Assembly (NCBI GenBank): GCA_036337765.1
Contig: JAYZDP010000139.1
Coordinates: 13,923 to 77,922, forward strand
Origin: Acidobacteriota bacterium
GTDB lineage: Bacteria; Acidobacteriota; Thermoanaerobaculia; Multivoradales; Multivoraceae
Reading direction: 5' to 3'
Length of the DNA: 64,000 nt
The position numbers and the translations under genes are program-made. The notes below the pieces were generated by a model, which had not been told where the DNA came from, made no database searches, and saw only the letters and a list, made by a program, of their open reading frames with translations. This document shows positions 60,895 to 64,000 of the stretch, in pieces; the stretch's first letter is position 1; each line of letters begins with the position of its first letter.

Positions 60895-63103
60895 CGATCA
60901 CCTCCAGGACCGAAGATCCCTCCACCAGTCTGTAGACACGATCCACCGCAACATCGCCGCTGAACACCTGAGTGGTGTCGGTGGTGGGCCAATGAACTTC
61001 GATATGGTCAATGTCGAGAGCCCTGCCGATACCCACAGTCTGCCGCAGCGGGTTGCCGCCGAAGCTCGATCCGCTCGACACCCAACGGTAGGCGTCGCGC
61101 GAAGTCCCCCCGAGAGATGTTGTGACCCGAATGCGGGCACCGATCGCGGAGCGGTTGGAGGTCTTCCCGACCAGCTCCAGCGCAATCCAATGGTTGCCAA
61201 AGCCCGGATTTTCGAACAGGGCATCTCCGAAGCGATCGCCAGGGAAGGCCCCGCCCATCTGCTCGAAGATGTCGAGATCGCCATCGCCGTCGATGTCGCC
61301 GAAGGCCACAGCGTGGCCCTTCTGCAGGTGGCCGAGCCCGGCCGGTACGGTGACGTCGGCGAAGCGAACGCCGCCGCGGTTGTGGTACAGCACGTTCGGC
61401 ATCAGCGCCTCGTAGTCGGGATACCCCGTCCCCAGGTAGAAGTCGAGATAGCCGTCGTTGTCGAGGTCGCCGAAGTTCGACCCCATCGGCAGGTGGAGGC
61501 GCTCGAGGCCCACGCTCGCGGCCACATCACGAAACCCGCCACGCCCGTCGCCCTTGTAGAGCTTGGCCACCTCCCACGGACCCTCGATGCCGAGCGCACT
61601 CGCCGCGACGAAGGCGACACCGTCCACGTCGCCCTTGTAGCTCGAGACGTAGAGATCGAGGTCGCCGTCGTTGTCGAAGTCCCAGAACCAGACCGGAAAG
61701 CTCTGCTGCGGACCCTGCACTCCCGCCTGGGCGGCGACGTCGCGAAAGGTGCCGTCGCCCTCGTTGTGAAACAGGCGATTCGGCCCTCCGAGGACGGAGA
61801 CGTAGAGGTCGGGATGGCCATCGGCGTCGTAGTCACCCCAGGTGACTCCCTTGACGAAGGCTTCCACCGCAACGCCCGCGACCTCTGCAACGTCGGTGAA
61901 ACGGCCGTCACCCGCGTTGCGAAAGAGCTGACTGCGCGCCGACGCCTCCGGGTCGGGAAGGTGTTCGTTGCCGACATACAGGTCGAGGTCGCCGTCGTTG
62001 TCGTAGTCGGCCCAGGCGGCGGTCTGCGTCGGATAGTGCTGCTCGCCAAGACCGGCGGCGAAGGTGACGTCGACGAACACGCCATCGTCGTTGCGCAGCA
62101 GCGAGTTCGGATGCCGCCCCTCCCCCGCAAACCAGGCGCCCCGCAGCACGTAGAGGTCGAGGTCGCCATCGTTGTCGTAGTCGGCATGGGTGACGTTGAG
62201 ACCCCCATAAAGACCCTCGAGGCCGGCCGCCGCGGACCTGTCCTCGAACGTCCCGTCTCCAGAGTTCAAGAACAGGTGCGGCTGCCCCGCGGTGTCGAAG
62301 GTGGTGGTGAAGACGTCGAGGTCGCCGTCGCCGTCGAGGTCGTCGAGCACCGCTCCGCCCGACAGATTGAAGGTATCCAGCCCCTTCGCCGGAGCCACGT
62401 TCGTGAAGTGCGGAAAGGACGCGGCGGAGCCGAAGACCTCCAGGGGCAGCTGCCACTCCTCCTCCAGGGAGTCCGGATACTCCCCCAACGTCATCGCCGC
62501 GATGTTGAGCAGCCAGACGGCTTTGACGTAGCGGGGTGAGGAGCGTGGTGTCACTCCAAGGTACTCTCGTAGGTAGCGCTGAGCTTGCCGCGAGCCGTCT
62601 TTCTCAACATGGACGCCTTGTGCGCGGATCGGCAGGATGCACGAGTCGGCGTTGTGTCGCTTGGCGCAGTTCTCGGTCTCCGCGAAACGCAGGTTGGCGA
62701 CGGCGAGCCGAAACAGCGTCTCCGCGGACTCCCGCGACGGTACTGCCGCGAGCTCGGGCAGAAGCGTGCGAGCGGCCTGCAGCCGCTCGATCGCGACTGC
62801 CTCGTTGCCGAGGCGCAGCTCGTGCTCCGCCACCTCGGCCAGCAGCCGCCATCGTGCCTCGGCAGGAGCGCTACCCTCTAGCGCGTCGATCAGCAGCCTG
62901 CGGGAGTCTCGAGCGGGGCCCTCGCCGAACCACGGATTCTCCTCGTCGGTGGCGAGCCGAATCGCCTCGAGCTCGGCGAGCATGCGGCGATGGCTCTCAC
63001 GGGCCGCAGTCGGCGTGATCGGATCGGCCCCGCCGAGGACTCCTGGCAGCGCCAAAGTCCAAAGAACGAGCAGACAAGCTGCCGACGACCGAAAGATCCT
63101 CAC
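60884..63103 (-). CDS. CRTAC1-family protein with N-terminal TPR-like region (type B)
   Basis: Signal peptide; NCAKRHNADSC; HLQKGH; SGSSFGGN UnbV domain. Confidence 0.88.
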   Translation of the reverse strand: MRIFRSSAACLLVLWTLALPGVLGGADPITPTAARESHRRMLAELEAIRLATDEENPWFGEGPARDSRRLLIDALEGSAPAEARWRLLAEVAEHELRLGNEAVAIERLQAARTLLPELAAVPSRESAETLFRLAVANLRFAETENCAKRHNADSCILPIRAQGVHVEKDGSRQAQRYLREYLGVTPRSSPRYVKAVWLLNIAAMTLGEYPDSLEEEWQLPLEVFGSAASFPHFTNVAPAKGLDTFNLSGGAVLDDLDGDGDLDVFTTTFDTAGQPHLFLNSGDGTFEDRSAAAGLEGLYGGLNVTHADYDNDGDLDLYVLRGAWFAGEGRHPNSLLRNDDGVFVDVTFAAGLGEQHYPTQTAAWADYDNDGDLDLYVGNEHLPDPEASARSQLFRNAGDGRFTDVAEVAGVAVEAFVKGVTWGDYDADGHPDLYVSVLGGPNRLFHNEGDGTFRDVAAQAGVQGPQQSFPVWFWDFDNDGDLDLYVSSYKGDVDGVAFVAASALGIEGPWEVAKLYKGDGRGGFRDVAASVGLERLHLPMGSNFGDLDNDGYLDFYLGTGYPDYEALMPNVLYHNRGGVRFADVTVPAGLGHLQKGHAVAFGDIDGDGDLDIFEQMGGAFPGDRFGDALFENPGFGNHWIALELVGKTSNRSAIGARIRVTTSLGGTSRDAYRWVSSGSSFGGNPLRQTVGIGRALDIDHIEVHWPTTDTTQVFSGDVAVDRVYRLVEGSSVLEVIDGS

Positions 63104-63163
63104 CCGGCAACTCTATCCCCGGATTCCACTCACTCCGTCCTGGGAGCGCGGCCCTTCGAGGAC

Positions 63164-63197
63164 AAAGAAAAATGGAGGGGGCCGAAGCCCCCTCCAT
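63164..63197 (-). terminator. Rho-independent terminator of the TonB receptor gene
   Basis: ATGGAGGGGGC-TTCG-GCCCCCTCCAT followed by TTTTCTTT on the minus strand. Confidence 0.85.
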
Positions 63198-63223
63198 ATT
63201 CAGGCTAACTCTCTAAGCGAGAG

Positions 63224-64000
63224 CTACAGGCCGATCTTGAAAGAGGCCCGAAGCAGACGCGGGCGCTGGTACATGCGCCGGGCGGGGAAGACCTCACCAA
63301 TACTGTTGTGCTCCATCACCTTCTGCTGGTCGGTGATGTTGACCGCCTCGACCCGAAACTCGCCGCGAAGACCCTTCTTCGGCAGCGGGAATCCGTACGA
63401 GACCGACAGATTCAGCACGTACGAGTCGTTCTCTCGACGACCCTGACGTCCCGTCTCGTGCAGCTGCAGGCTCACACCGTCGTTCGGTGTACCCGGCTTC
63501 AGCAACTCGGCGGGAATACCGTCGGCGCTCGAAGTGATGTTCGTCACAGACACTCCCTCGCTACGCGCCCAGGGCATGCCGGACTGGAACTTCAGGTGGC
63601 CGCCCAACGTCAGGTCGTTCTTGCCAAAACGCCAGGTCTTGAAACCGAACGAGTTGTAGATGATCGACCGATCCGCGCTCAGGTTTGGACCCCGACGGTG
63701 GATCGTCGACACCGGCTGACCCAGAAACTGTGTCAGTGCGTCAGTGCAGTCCATCGGGTTCGTGCGGGTCCGTCCCGTAGCGCGACTCGGATTCGTCTGA
63801 CTGGCGTTGCAGTCATCGATCATGTCCTGATTCAACACGACCGTCAGGTTCTCCAGGTAGGAAGAGTTGGTGTTGTTCCACCAAGCACCGGCACCCGTCG
63901 TGTCGGTCTCTCCCCAGGAGATGTTGTTGTACACCGCGAAGCCGCCGGCAAAGCGACGGTTCAACTGCACCTGAAGCGCGCGGTAGCTGTTACGGGCCCG
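63224..64000 (-). CDS. TonB-dependent (Oar-type) outer-membrane receptor, C-terminal part, running off the window
   Basis: SYRALQVQLNRRF, FQSGMPW, FRVEAVNITDQQ and YQRPR...ASFKIGL beta-strand ending. Frame is open to the window edge. Confidence 0.78.
   Translation of the reverse strand, partial: RARNSYRALQVQLNRRFAGGFAVYNNISWGETDTTGAGAWWNNTNSSYLENLTVVLNQDMIDDCNASQTNPSRATGRTRTNPMDCTDALTQFLGQPVSTIHRRGPNLSADRSIIYNSFGFKTWRFGKNDLTLGGHLKFQSGMPWARSEGVSVTNITSSADGIPAELLKPGTPNDGVSLQLHETGRQGRRENDSYVLNLSVSYGFPLPKKGLRGEFRVEAVNITDQQKVMEHNSIGEVFPARRMYQRPRLLRASFKIGL

Noticed and set aside
191-62539. Long antisense or alternate-frame ORFs (for example 191-1840, 5200-6816, 27249-29006, 60881-62539)
   Set aside because: Expected shadows of high-GC coding strands with no recognisable motifs.
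47173-63103. Recurrent GACxxCGACGGCGAC-type DNA motifs as tandem repeats or CRISPR
   Set aside because: They encode FG-GAP DxDxDG loops, have irregular spacing, and there are no cas genes.
63134-63163. GTCCTGGGAGCGCGGCCCTTCGAGGAC as a REP element
   Set aside because: Short, imperfect, and only one copy was seen.

Overview
High-GC bacterial chromosomal window. Gene content and synteny suggest Acidobacteriota (inference: tRNA-Met-tilS-ftsH-folP-cdaA-cdaR-glmM-[insert]-pdxJ, Oar-type TonB receptor, many CRTAC1/ASPIC-UnbV genes). Layout: 0.3-12.6 kb secreted and metabolic enzymes (zinc peptidase with beta-propeller and small partner, cytochrome c-copper monooxygenase, PQQ dehydrogenase); 12.6-22.5 kb a polysaccharide/CDP-C-methyl-sugar cluster split over both strands; 22.5-31 kb accessory enzymes and transporters, including two broken cytochromes; 31-47 kb housekeeping genes with several gene scars; 47-64 kb a TonB-receptor-linked array of five CRTAC1/ASPIC-UnbV beta-propeller genes plus a TPR protein. 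The strongest signal is in that array. ORFs 51136..52950 and 52972..55362 are in one frame separated by a single TGA (PDDL-TGA-SFFWRQVV), and a 17-nt hairpin closely resembling the E. coli fdhF SECIS starts 11 nt downstream. This suggests a 1408-aa exported selenoprotein (propeller-Sec-UnbV-CxxC redoxin-TPR). Also seen: a dispersed intergenic hairpin element with compensatory base changes, six TAnnnT boxes exactly 6 nt before start codons (candidate leaderless mRNAs), and a tRNA whose CCA end shares a base with the tilS ATG. All family assignments come from motif recognition, not database searches.
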